A stretch of DNA of 64,000 nucleotides from Macrostomum lignano (GCA_002269645.1 NIVC01000981.1:1-64000); one strand, 5' to 3'. Positions 13,525-25,449 are shown, numbered from the stretch's first letter. A program made the numbers and translations. Notes: generated from the sequence alone by a model not told the origin.

Positions 13525-13800
13525 ATGCGAATAATTTTCTGCTTATCCACACGGCACACTGACGAGATAGCTGCCCTATCTTCTACATATGCCGTGCGAA
13601 TAATTTTCTGCTTATCCGCACGGCACACTGACGAGATAGCTGCCCTATCTTCTACATATGCCGTGCGAATAATTTTCTGCTTATCCGCACGGCACACTGA
13701 CGAGATAGCTGCCCTATCTTCTACATATGCCGTGCGAATAATTTTCTGCTTATCCGCACGGCACACTGACGAGATAGCTGCCCTATCTTCTACATATGCT
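13525..13800. repeat. 69-bp subterminal tandem repeat x4 in the left arm of the transposon (about 1.3 inverted copies in the right TIR)
   Basis: Direct: unit GTGCGAATAATTTTCTGCTTATCCGCACGGCACACTGACGAGATAGCTGCCCTATCTTCTACATATGCC. Confidence 0.95.
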
Positions 13801-15133
13801 GTGTGGCCAGTGTGCGGATCATGTACCCGTGTACGCCGGAAAAAATTCGGGCGTCTAGGACTTTGTACGCCAGTGTACGCCAAAAACAAAAAGTTGCGCT
13901 AAAATGTACACCAAAAATTCCTAAAAAAAGGTCATTTGGTTTTCACGAGTAGAGTTTTCTAAGAAAGGCTTTTGTATGACAAATGTTTTTAAAAGAATAC
14001 GAATATTTTCAATTTAAACAAACCTAAATTATACTTACAAAAAATATGATGCAAAATTAATACTCTTAGCAAAAAAATACACTAATTTTATTTATTATTA
14101 ATTTAAAAGAAGCTAAAAGTTTATCACTGACGATTTAATTTTCTTTTACTTTACACAAAAACGTTAATTTACATTACAATTTTCATGCATGGCATGAATT
14201 TATTCACCAAAATTTGTACGCCAAAAAAGTATGCGTGGCTGTGTTACTTGTGTACGCCAATAGTGTACGCCAACTAAGTGCGCCAGGGGTTGTGTACGCC
14301 GATTGTGTACGCCAAGGACTTAGGGTGGCCGTTTTGTACGCCGGAAAAGTTCCGGCGTACATGCATACCATCCGCAACCTGGCTGTGTGGGAAGTTTAGT
14401 ACACATACATGCGCAACCTCTAAAATTTGGTCGGCCGTGCGACTTAGTTTTAACAAAAATGCGACGTAGTTTTCGGCCAAAAATGCGACTTACATGAAAA
14501 AACCTGAAAGCAAAATTAACGCAACTTTGGGTAAACGGCAGGAGTAACTATGACTGTCTTTATTAAGGCAAAATGCTTCGTCAGCTACTTAATACTACTT
14601 TGGTATTTATTTGGGTGGGCATTTTTGCAACTTACCTTGGTTGGCCGCCAAATCAGTCGTCCATATCGGCCAACTATTGTGCATGTATGGTTTTGACTCT
14701 TGTCATTCCTTATCGTATTTGTACCCCATGTGGCACTAGAACAGTACACTTGACATGGAGTGTTTTAGGCATGATTGTACAGTGTAAGGTTGCAAAAGTG
14801 GGGAGTGGCAGAGATACATATGTATATATAGCTGTATGAGTATGATGGCACAAGCTAAGGCTAAGTCAATGCATGCAGCGATAAAAGCAGTCTGTAAAGC
14901 CAAATAGTGAAAGTTAACCTTAACTTATAGCACCTTGGCAGCCTATGCTGTCTGCCTGCATCTGATACGAGCATATAACTAAACTACCAAGGCAATTGGT
15001 TGTATTTACACTTACTTTCTGTACATGAATTGGTAAAGGTAAGGGCTTTTAAATGTTTTATTTATATAGTAATACTCATAAATCAATTTTATTTTATCAC
15101 CAAAATCATATACTCGACTTAATCTTTCACAGA

Positions 15134-18100
15134 ATGATGTACAGCCTTAGTTGTCTTTGCCTACTGATTCTAAGTGGCATCCTAGCTATCAATGGTATTC
15201 TAGCTGAGAGTGAGTGCTCAATTGTTATAAATGAGTTAAATACTGATGAGCCTAATATTGGATCTCAAGAATTTTCAGAGTTCATTGAGCTAAAGAAAGT
15301 TTGTTCTACAACTGCAATGCTATTAGGATCAGTGCCAGTGAGACTCCATGATTTTCTTCTGATTGGAGTTCAAGAATATAGCGGCGATTTTAGACGACCT
15401 GTGGTTTCATTTTCTGCTGACTTCTATCGGTCCTCGGGCTTCAAAACGGACAGCAGTTTCTTTGTTATTGCATCAAAAGGGAAGCAGGAAGCAGCAGATA
15501 TGTTTTTTACCGATACATCTATTGGGTATCAGGGAAAAACTAGACATGGGCTGCCAAGTTCCGCTCCTAGTAGATCATCGCAGTCATCCATCATTGATTT
15601 TTTCAAGTCTGCTAGTAAGACAATTCCAACAGAACCAAATGCATTAAAGAATGGGAATGGTAAAAGTGCTATGGCCATTATTCTCTTGTATCAACGAGAC
15701 TTTTCTAGATCAGAATCGGACAGTTCAAGTTCCACAACTGCCAGTAACATTGGAAAACTGCGACTAGCTAAAATGCATGCAACACAAAGAAGACCTGTTT
15801 ATGAAGATAAAATTATCATTGATAACTCATTAGCTGAAATTATTAGGAACAATAACAGGTGCACATTTTTGAGTCCATTTATCGTAGGCTAAGAGACAAG
15901 CCCAACTACATCTTAAAGCCAGCAAGAGAATGGGATGAACTTGGTCATGAGGACTATTCAATAAACCGGTGCCCTGAATCCAGCAGTGAGTTACGAAAGC
16001 CTTTGCTTTTTACAAGGTGGAAACTTGGACAGTTGACTCCAGGTAGATAAAATGACTGCTCAGGTGCTCATTGGATTTTAGAGGACAATATTGAAGCCAT
16101 CATAAATACACCTTCAAGAGAAGCATGTACATTGGCAGACTCAGCATTAGCATCTGCTTCATCAGCAACAGAAAGAATCGAAATGCGACTAGCTCCTGCT
16201 CCAGCTCCATGTTCTGAAAGCTCACACCGTAGTGAATTGGCCAGGTCCTATGAATTTTCAGAGCAAATAGCAGCTAATCGAGATCATGCTGTTCAAACTG
16301 CTGCTGCAGAAACTTCTAATTTTTGCTCTGCTGCAAATGTACAGGAAAGAAGAGAGTTGTTGGAGAATGACCAGCAAACAAGCAAACTACAAGTGGAAAT
16401 TATTAGGCAAGTAAATATTCAAAGACAATCAACGAAACGATCACTTTGCCAAAGTCCTATTGTTGATTTAGATTCGAGCGACTCAAGGGGTTCAGGTGAT
16501 GTTGAAATAGTACAAGTAAATACTGCAGAAGCAGGGCCATCGCAAAGAAAAATACCATGCATAAGCACATCTGCAGACGCATGTCTAGCCACTTCAGCAT
16601 CAAAGCCCTCGTCTTCCTCTATGATGGGCGAAAATATTGAAGTTTTCCCTAAAAAGGACTGGGAGGATACATCTGGTTTTCGAGAGGAGTGGTTACATTC
16701 TTTGGAGATGCACCAGTCACAGTAAGTAAATGGAAACTGACGAACTGTAAATTAATGTATAGTGTATTGTGTATTGCACTTATTAGCATATTGCTTTTAG
16801 ATACTCACAAATAGTCCAAATCCCAAAATATTCTCTAATTTGACCATTGCAGATCATTTTCAATAAAATTTGTGTCACAAGAAATGAAGACATGGTTTCA
16901 ATATGTTCAAAACACCGAAGATCTATCAAGATCTGGAATACAATGTCGGATCTGCAGAAAATTTTTGAATGCACATAAGAAAAAGGAGACAAATCTAGAG
17001 AGCCAACGTAAGTTAACTTTTGCAACAGAACAAGGCTACATTCCCAAAGGTCATGCAAAAGATAGCGTACGAAGAAAACTACAGGAACATTCATCAAATA
17101 CACTTCACAGTGACGCCATAAAGTGGATGAAGGAAAAACATACTTCAGTTCTTGCAAAGCAACTCAAACAGATGAATGAGGCCGCTAGACTAGCTAAAAC
17201 TAAACGAGATGAAATAACAGCCCGAGTTTTGACAACAGTTTTTTCGCCGAAGTCAAATCTAATATTCCATTCAGTGCTCATCCAAATATGATTGATTCAC
17301 AAGTAAAAAATGGGTTGGATATGGGGAGCCATCATAAGCATCGCAAAAGTGCCGCAGCAATGGTGGAATCAATCAGTAATACAATGCATTGGACATTTGT
17401 GAATTACATTAAAAGTGCTGACAACCTTCCGATTTCTATTGTACTAGATACAACGTCTGATATTCATTCAAACAGCTACGTCATGATATACTTCAGAGTT
17501 CTTGAAAACAGCCAACCTTTGATGTTTTTTTATCGGTTTAAACGTCTGACTGAAGTAGAGACTGGACAAAGCATTTATGAACTTCTCATCCGTTTATTTT
17601 CGGATGACAAGCTAGAAGATGAAATCAAATGAAGGCTATGGGGGGTGACAACTGATGGTGCATCCGTAATGACAGGAAGTCGAGTGGGATTAATAAGTCA
17701 ACTGAGGCCTTGGGCTAGCAAACAATTTTTTCAGCACCATTGTGCAGCGTATAAGTTAGAACTTTCAATCTATCATGCCTTTGAAATCTTCCCATTTATG
17801 CAACATCTCGATAAGAATATAAATTCTCTACACAAATTTTATATGAGCCACGCTGTTAAACGTAAGGCATCTTTGGCACAAACTTCGGAAGCACTCAACT
17901 TGGTTTTCTATGAATTAAAAAGAATATATCGTATCAGGTGGGTTGCATCGGAAGTGTCTGCTCTTGATGTGATTCGAAAGTCATACTACTTGCTTCTGAC
18001 AAATTTAGAAAATATCAAATCACCTTCCTCAGGCTTTGATGACGAAAGTAAAGCAACTGCCTCTGGATTATTGAAAACATTGCAAAATGTCCGGTATTAT

Positions 18101-19240
18101 TCATTACATCTATTTCTCATGGACATTCTAAAATTACTGGAATTTGAGTCCTTGCAGTTTCAAAGAGCCAAGGGTACATTTATTGGCTTGCAAGAACGCC
18201 ACACTAACCTTATCCATTCACTAGAAACCTTAAAAACGAACAATGGTCCTCGCATTGTGGACTTTTTGGCTTCCTGCAAGTGTCGTCGAGTTTTGGGAAC
18301 TGCAGATGGATATCCGCAGCTGGAATACCATTCAGGATGTCACACAAGAGACCTATCTTATTCTAACTTTGCTTGTCCTTCCGGCCCTGGAAGCAGCGAT
18401 CCAACAGAGAGGTTTGAGTTGAAGCAACCAGGTTCTGCTGCAGACAGATCTCTAAGAAATAGATTATTTGATGCTAGTGGACGTGGCAGTGTTGTTGACA
18501 TGGGAGCTTATCCAGCACTGGATGAGATTCGCAGTCGAATCATTGATAGCATAATTGATCAGCTGCGTAATTATTTTCCTGAGGATGACTACTCAATATT
18601 TAATGTGCTCAACCCAGTGTTATTGCCTAATGCTGAAACATTACATACTGTCTTTACATACAGTTTGAGAATCATACCTCTTGCTAGACGGTTTGGAATG
18701 GAAGATGACAGCTCTGAATCTGAAACAGAGGACCATCTTTCTGATTCAGACTCTAGAGATGCAGATGCTTCAGAACGCGCTACAGAAAGGACAATCTCTG
18801 GTCAGTTCGGTCTACTCCTAAAAAGTTTGATCACTTCGCATAGTGTTGACTTCTGTGCCTACAAAGGCAAAGGTCCGGTGAAATTTTGGAGTCACTTTCT
18901 AGAGACAAGAACTGTTGAATGGCTGCCCAGAATAAAGAATCTAATTATGGTTGTGTTAACTTTGCCAATATCATCAGCTGAGGCTAAAAGAGGGTTTTCT
19001 ATCTATAAGCACATTGCCTATGACAGGAGAACACGCTTGGCACCAAAAACATTGGAGCATCTACTACGGATTCGAATAAATGGGCCTCCGCTGATGAAAT
19101 TTAAGCCGGATATTTATGTCAATGATTGGCTGAAAAAACACTGGCGTTCTGATGCTCCTGGAGGTCAACGGCAAAAAGAATCCAACGTAGACGAGGAAAA
19201 TAAAGATTCTGATTCTGATTTGCTAAGTGGACTATTTTAA
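15134..19240 (+). pseudogene. Disrupted hAT transposase (KIAA1586/ZNF862-like), ~1320 aa when reconstructed, with N-terminal signal-peptide-like and LTD-like region
   Basis: hAT motifs SIVLDTTSD, GVTTDGASVMTG, HHCAAYKLEL, RIRWVAS, LPISSAEAKRGFS...RTRL; Cys/His-containing segment CRICRKF...H; intron 16722-16852 (GTAAGT...TTGCAG) restores the frame; in-frame stops at 16048 and 17630; frameshifts near 15860 and in the T6 run at 17239-17244. Confidence 0.85.
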
Positions 19241-19589
19241 AAGTTTTTTATCAGTTTTAATCTGCTACAATTTTAATCAATTATTACAATGGTACATGCA
19301 TAATCATTAAGACTACAGTTCTTCTAAGTTCATATATAAGACCGTTAGAATCTTGCAGTTTTAATTTGCTAATTAAATATTATTAAAAGTATGATTTGCA
19401 ATTGTAATAGGGCTGAAAAATTACTGCTTATAAGTTATTCTATCCCTATTTCTATTCCTTAGCCATTTCTGGCTTCGTAATTCTTAATTTTTCAAATTGA
19501 TGCGTTAATGCACACGTAGCCTACACCCTAGTAAGTGATACATTAAATTCATCCTAAACTAATCCTAACCTAATAATCCTAAAGATGCT

Positions 19590-20300
19590 CTGCGACTTAA
19601 CTCAGTCCTGCTGCGACTTACCTCGGCCCTGCTGCGACTTACTCGGTCCTGCTGCGACTTAGCTCGCCCTTGGTGCGACTTAGCTCTCGCTCGGTGCGAC
19701 TTAGCTCGCCCTCGGTGCGACTTAGCTTGGTCCTGCTGCGACTTAGTGCGACTTAGCTCTCGCTCGGTGCGACTTAGTTCGCCCTCGGTGCGACTTAGCT
19801 CGGTCCTGCTGCGACTTAGCTCGCCCTCGGTGCGACTTAGCTCGGTCCTGCTGCGACTTAGCTCGCCCTCGGTGCGACTTAGCTCGGTCCTGCTGCGACT
19901 TAGCTCGCCCTCGGTGCGACTTAGCTCGGTCCTGCTGCGACTTAGTGCGACTTAGCTCTCGCTCGGTGCGACTTAGTTCGCCCTCGGTGCGACTTAGCTC
20001 GGTCCTGCTGCGACTTAGCTCGCCCTCGGTGCGACTTAGCTCGGTCCTGCTGCGACTTAGCTCGCCCTCGGTGCGACTTAGCTCGGTCCTGCTGCGACTT
20101 AGTGCGACTTAGCTCTCGCTCGGTGCGACTTATTTTGCCCTCGGTGCGACTTAGCTCGCCCTTAGTGCGACTTAGCTCTCGCTCGGTGCGACTTAGTTCG
20201 CCCTCGATGCGACTTAGCTCGGTCCTGCTGCAACTTAGCTTGCCCTCGGTGCGACTTAGCTCGCCCTCGGTGCGACTTACCTTGTCTTCAGTGCTGCAAC
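19590..20300. repeat. 21-bp GCGACTTA-core minisatellite inside the right arm of the transposon
   Basis: Alternating TGCGACTTAGCTCGCCCTCGG / TGCGACTTAGCTCGGTCCTGC units. Confidence 0.95.
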
Positions 20301-21318
20301 TTACAGCACTTACAACTCTTTTTGTGTTTTTCTCTTTCTCTTTGCTCCCTTTTTCTCGTTTTTTCCTTTTCCTTTCCCCTTTTTCGTCTTTTGTTTTTTC
20401 GTTTTTTTTGGCGGTTAATCAATTTTGCGACTTACTTGGTTGGCCGCCAAATCGGTCGGCCGGATCGGCCGACTCGGCCGACTGTTGCGCATGTATGTTA
20501 GTACATACGATTTGAGTGCAGTATAACAACATAACTTGGCTTGAACATTTGTTCTAAAGAAATAAAGATTTAACGACTTTTCTATGAGAAAGAATTTTTT
20601 TGTGTAGTAACAAATAATTTAAATTGCGTGCCATGCGGATAAGCAGAAAATTATTCGCACGGCATATGTAGTAAGATAGGGCAGCTATCTCGTCAGTGTG
20701 CCGTGCGGATAAGCAGAAAATTATTCGCACGGTACCGTTGGAATAAGACAGAAATTATTCCTATGGTACCGTGGGGATAAGCACTGCCTTTATAAAAATA
20801 ATAATCCCAAAGCAACCACACCTTATCCTGGCCTTGCCTTAGAAATATGTATCCCTTGCATTTCATAGCATGCCATGGCATAGTGCAGAATGCAGAAAAT
20901 GCTAAAATAATTCAGAATATAGAGTATTTGCTAGTGATATAGTGTATACTAACTATGTACAAAATTTACCCCAAAGCTACATTCTGGCATACATATATGG
21001 CAAAATCCAAAAATTATGGGCAAGTTTTTTGAAAATTTGTTTTTTGGTAATTTGAAAGCAATAAAGCTATAAAATAATTTTTTTGAGTTTAAAAAAGTTT
21101 GACATTTATAAAAAAACAAATTAGTCATGTATAGCCTTATGTTGAATAAAATGATTTGTTTAAATGGTAAATTAAATTACAACTAAAATTAATCTAATAA
21201 AAATGATAGAAAATCTCTAATAATATATTTATTAACTTTAGTTAGGTATCATATGATATTATAGCCTATTCTAAAATACTACAACATATTTAGCATTCTT
21301 TTCAAGGGTTTATTTGTT

Positions 21319-21472
21319 GGCAGTTGTTATTTGTCTGGTGACTGGACAAATAGCGATGTGGTTATTTGTCCAGTTACTGGATCCTGATCATGCTTTCCTA
21401 TTCATCCGGTTAATACCACGAGACAAATAAGATACTTGTGTTAGCAATTTAACCAGACAAATAACAACTGCC
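21319..21472. mobile_element. 154-bp MITE with perfect 21-bp TIRs (GGCAGTTGTTATTTGTCTGGT) and 9-bp TSD TTATTTGTT
   Basis: TIR pair at 21319-21339 and 21452-21472; TTATTTGTT at 21310-21318 and 21473-21481. Confidence 0.9.
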
Positions 21473-22449
21473 TTATTTGTTTTACCATTTTTATTACTAT
21501 TGTATTGACAATGTATATTTTGTAGAGTTCATTTACAATAAGTACTGTATTCAATGTAAGTTTATTATTTAAGCATACAAATTCTTGTAAGGATTAGAAA
21601 ATTGCATTTTACTTAGCTTCTGCTAAAGTGATTTAGAAAATTCTTTCTTTCTTTCTAGCTACACTAATACACAATTCAGACCCTGGCTTCTATATCCCTT
21701 AAATTCTAAAAATGGATTTTTTCAACTAAAATTAGAGGTTGGACAAACACTTTTATTGTGCCTATGTATAAAATTTCATGATTTCCTTTTTGTCAGGCAT
21801 GAATTTTGAGTGCTGTTTTTTGCCCTACAATAGAACTAGCTTATTTTATAATAAATTTGTGTAATAACAATGTTTGTTTAATATACAGAATAGCTAGATA
21901 ATTATAAATATATGGTTAAGAACTAAATAGTTATTTTAAAAAAGATTGATATATTTAATAATGAAATAGAAAGTTCAAAGTTAAAGTTGAAATTTAATAG
22001 TTTGTTATCCTATAGTATAAACAAGAATGCAAATTCTATATTTCAAATGTCTTTAAATTTTGCTATACTTAGATAAGAATTTTTTTAGTGAGACAATTTT
22101 GTTTTGATTCTTTTTAAGCTTTTAAACCTGATTTAATATGACTATTAATGTATTTATAGTATAATCATATTATAGTATGTTAATAATGAAATATTAATTA
22201 CAATATAGAGTTCATAAAGCCTTAGTGCTATTAAAACAAATTAAAATCAGTTGGATAAGCAAATAAGGACAAATAAATGTGAGAGACCAAAAAGAAAAAA
22301 CTAGATATAAATAAGAGAGTGCCAAAAAGGTTACATAGGCTAAGCCACAAAATCCAGAAGTTTGACCAAGTAGAGTCTTAAACAGATGAAAGAAAGTGTG
22401 ATATTGAATTCAATTAAATTTTGAAATTAAACCCCTACACAACACACAG

Positions 22450-22805
22450 GCTGCTGCCACAGCAAGCCAATGTTCATTCCTGGCGGTAGGAAATTTGTCC
22501 TGCCATGCATTCAACAGGCGCAGCGCATCTCCCTGAACACCATGACCATCACGATTGAGTCGCCAAGAATCTACACTCAATTAGGGGTGCCAATCACTGT
22601 CACCGGGGTTGCTCAGCTGCGAATCAAAGGCCAAAATCAGGAGATGCTTGCCTCTGCCTGCGAGCAGTTTCTTGGAAAAAGTGAGCACGAGATTACTGAG
22701 GTTGCTCGCGAAACTCTGGAAGGTCATCAGCGAGCTATTATGGGCAACATGACTGTTGAAGAGATCTACAAGGATAGAAAGAAATTTAGCAAAGCCGTGT
22801 TTGAG
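22450..22805 (+). CDS. FLOT1: Flotillin-1 exon 2 (SPFH domain)
   Basis: Acceptor ACACAG|G; [31 protein letters not shown]...[12 protein letters not shown]...VFE; donor GAG|GTAAG. Confidence 0.97.
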
Positions 22806-22939
22806 GTAAGCTCTGGACTTTGCAATTGCTAGTATTACTTTTCTCTCTGAATCATGATGCCACTTGGTTTAGTTCAAAATTCAATTCTTTAATAATTCGA
22901 CATAGGCAACACATCAAACTATTTTTTCTAGGATTTTGG

Positions 22940-23460
22940 TACCAATTTAGCGACATAGGTGAGACTTTGGCGCCAATTTAGCTCCACTGGTACGACTTTG
23001 GCGCTAAGTTTGCGCCACATGTGAGACTGGCGCCAATTTAGTGCCACTGGTACAATTTTGGCGCCGATTTAGCGCCATTGATGAGACTTTGGCGCCAATT
23101 TAGTGCCACTGGTACAATTTGGGCGCCATTTTAGTGCCATAGGTGAGATTGGCGCCAATTTAGTGTCATAGGTGAGATTGGCGCCAATTTAGTTCCAATG
23201 GTACAGTTTTGGCGCCAATTTAGTGCCATAGGTAAGATTAGCGCCAATTTAGTGTCATAGGTGAGATTAGCGCCAATTTAGTGCCATAGGTGAGATTAGC
23301 GCCAATTTAGTGCCATAGGTGAGATTAGCGCCAATTTAGTGTCATAGGTGAGATTAGCGCCAATTTAGTGCCATAGGTGAGATTGGCGCCAATTTAGTGT
23401 CATAGGTGAGACCGGCGCCAATTTAGCGCCATACGAGAGACTTTAGCGCCATACAAGAGA
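22940..23460. repeat. ~29-30-bp minisatellite (GGCGCCAATTTAGTGCCATAGGTGAGATT)n filling flotillin intron 2
   Basis: Direct tandem repeats with degenerate edges. Confidence 0.93.
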
Positions 23461-23496
23461 CCAATTTAATTCAATTTCACTGATTAATCTCACCAG

Positions 23497-23901
23497 GTGG
23501 CCTCCTCAGACCTGGTGAACATGGGCATCAGCGTGGTGTCCTACACTCTGAAAGACATCAAAGATGACGAAGGCTACCTGAAAGCGCTCGGCCTGTCGCG
23601 CACAGCTCAAGTGAAACGCGACGCCAGAATTGGCGAAGCTGAGGCCCAGAAAGAGTCCGGCATTAAAGAGGCCATGGCTGAACAGGAGCGCATGGCTGCC
23701 AAGTACAAAAATGACATCGAGATTGCCAAGTCGCAGCGGGATTACGAACTGAAAAAGGCCGCCTTCGATCAGGAGGTTCAGGCTAAGAAGGCCGAGTCTG
23801 ATTTGGCCTACGAACTGCAAGCAGCAAAGACTAAACAGCAGATTAAAGAGGAGGAAATGCAGATTAAAGTGGTTGAGCGGACTCAACAGATCAATGTGCA
23901 G
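23497..23901 (+). CDS. FLOT1: Flotillin-1 exon 3
   Basis: CAG|GTG; [21 protein letters not shown]...AEAE...[15 protein letters not shown]...QVVER; donor CAG|GTGAGT; phase 0 at both ends. Confidence 0.97.
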
Positions 23902-23934
23902 GTGAGTTGAATCAAACTATGCAAGAGGGGTTTG

Positions 23935-24440
23935 TTTTATGACTCAACTGTGCGAAGGGCGAAGGGGTTTGATCTTTTAAGACTCAACTGTGCGATTTGG
24001 TTTGAAGTTTTATGACTCAACTGTGCGGAGGGGTTTTGAGTTTTATGACTTAACTGTGCGGAGGGGTTTTGAGTTTTATGACTCAACTGTGCGGAGGGGT
24101 TTTGAGTTTTATGACTCAACTGTGCGGAGGGGTTTTGAGTTTTATGACTCAACTGTGCGGAGGGGTTTTGAGTTTTATGACTCAACTGTGCGGAGGGGTT
24201 TTGAGTTTTATGACTCAACTGTGCGGAGGGGTTTTGAGTTTTATGACTCAACTGTGCGGAGGGGTTTTGAGTTTTATGACTCAACTGTGCGGAGGGGTTT
24301 TGAGTTTTATGACTCAACTGTGCGGAGGGGTTTTGAGTTTTATGACTCAACTGTGCGGAGGGGTTTTGAGTTTTATGACTCAACTGTGCGGAGGGGTTTT
24401 GAGTTTTATGACTCAACTATGCGGAGGGTTTTGACTCAAA
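23935..24440. repeat. 33-bp minisatellite (GACTCAACTGTGCGGAGGGGTTTTGAGTTTTAT)n at the start of flotillin intron 3
   Basis: Direct, ~14 copies. Confidence 0.97.
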
Positions 24441-25449
24441 CATCGTTTTGACTGAATCTGAGATTTTTATTGTTTAATGATTCAAACGGTGAGATTTACT
24501 TAGTTTGTTTACCCTCCATGAAGCCAGCTTGCCGTCCAGCGGCTTGAACCGTGGCATGTCATGCGGAACAACTTGCGGTGACCCGGTAACGTTTGAGCGC
24601 TTGAAGAGAATGCCAGCCCAGTAGATTTTTTGGCGTAGCTTTGCAATTCTTTCCAAAAACCGTGTACATGGAATCCAGAATTAAGTTGGTCGACAATTCC
24701 GTGATATTGGACCGTACGGAGACGGACTGTACGCCGAAAACATCTTTTCGGGCTGCAGTCACCGCGTTACCACATTCGTAGAAATTATCTATAGTTCGAT
24801 GCAAAAAGCTCTCCTCCAAAGCGTACTGCATTACAGTTCCGCCATTTTTTCTGTTCTCATACTGTAGCCAGAATCTCATACTGTAGACACTTCAAGCACG
24901 CGAAAATGCACTGTGCGCGCTTATTTCGACAACGCTAACCAGGGCAGGTAGGTCGCAGCAAACGATATGAGTAAGTCTAAGCAACTCGTGTGCATTGATG
25001 GACTTACGAGTTCGTAACAACAACATCGCAAGACTCCGGAAGCTATTGCATTATGCAGTTGAGAAAAACATCGAATTTAGGCTTCAGAAGAATCACAACA
25101 CATCTCTTAGACATTGAATCGTTGTTCGTAGTATTGATGATAAAACAGACACCTTCAGCTTTTAGTAGAAGATTAATGTCGAAAGGTGTTTGCATTATGT
25201 AAAAACGTCATGTAGGCGCATTTTAAATTCTTCATAGGTTCATAGTACTGCGTAATGTCGGCTTAAAAAGACTTGGCTATACGAGTAATTTGCGGTCTCA
25301 AGTTGATTGTGTAAAACTCGCCAAATACGCTATTAACGCAAGTGCAATCTTTGCGTGGATACCGGCAAGTTGGACAGATTTCGAAGCATCGAATCCAAGT
25401 TCTGTAATCCACAATGCTGCTGAAGTTCTGCTAAACAGATGCAGCTGGT

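Larger units (their letters stand above)
13467..20788 (+). mobile_element. Complete 7.3-kb DNA transposon (hAT-type transposase, ~160-bp TIRs, 9-bp TSD) in flotillin intron 1
   Basis: Left end GGCAGTGCTTATCCCCACGGTACC... is the reverse complement of the right end ...GGTACCGTGGGGATAAGCACTGCC (few mismatches over ~160 bp); TTTATAAAA flanks both sides (13458-13466, 20789-20797); internal transposase gene. Confidence 0.92.

Noticed and set aside
13509-13902. 23-aa repeat ORFs on both strands
   Set aside because: These are the 69-bp subterminal repeats of the transposon
13458-20797. Canonical 8-bp hAT TSD for the large element
   Set aside because: It requires asymmetric ends (off by one base); symmetric GG…CC ends give 9 bp, matching the neighbouring MITE
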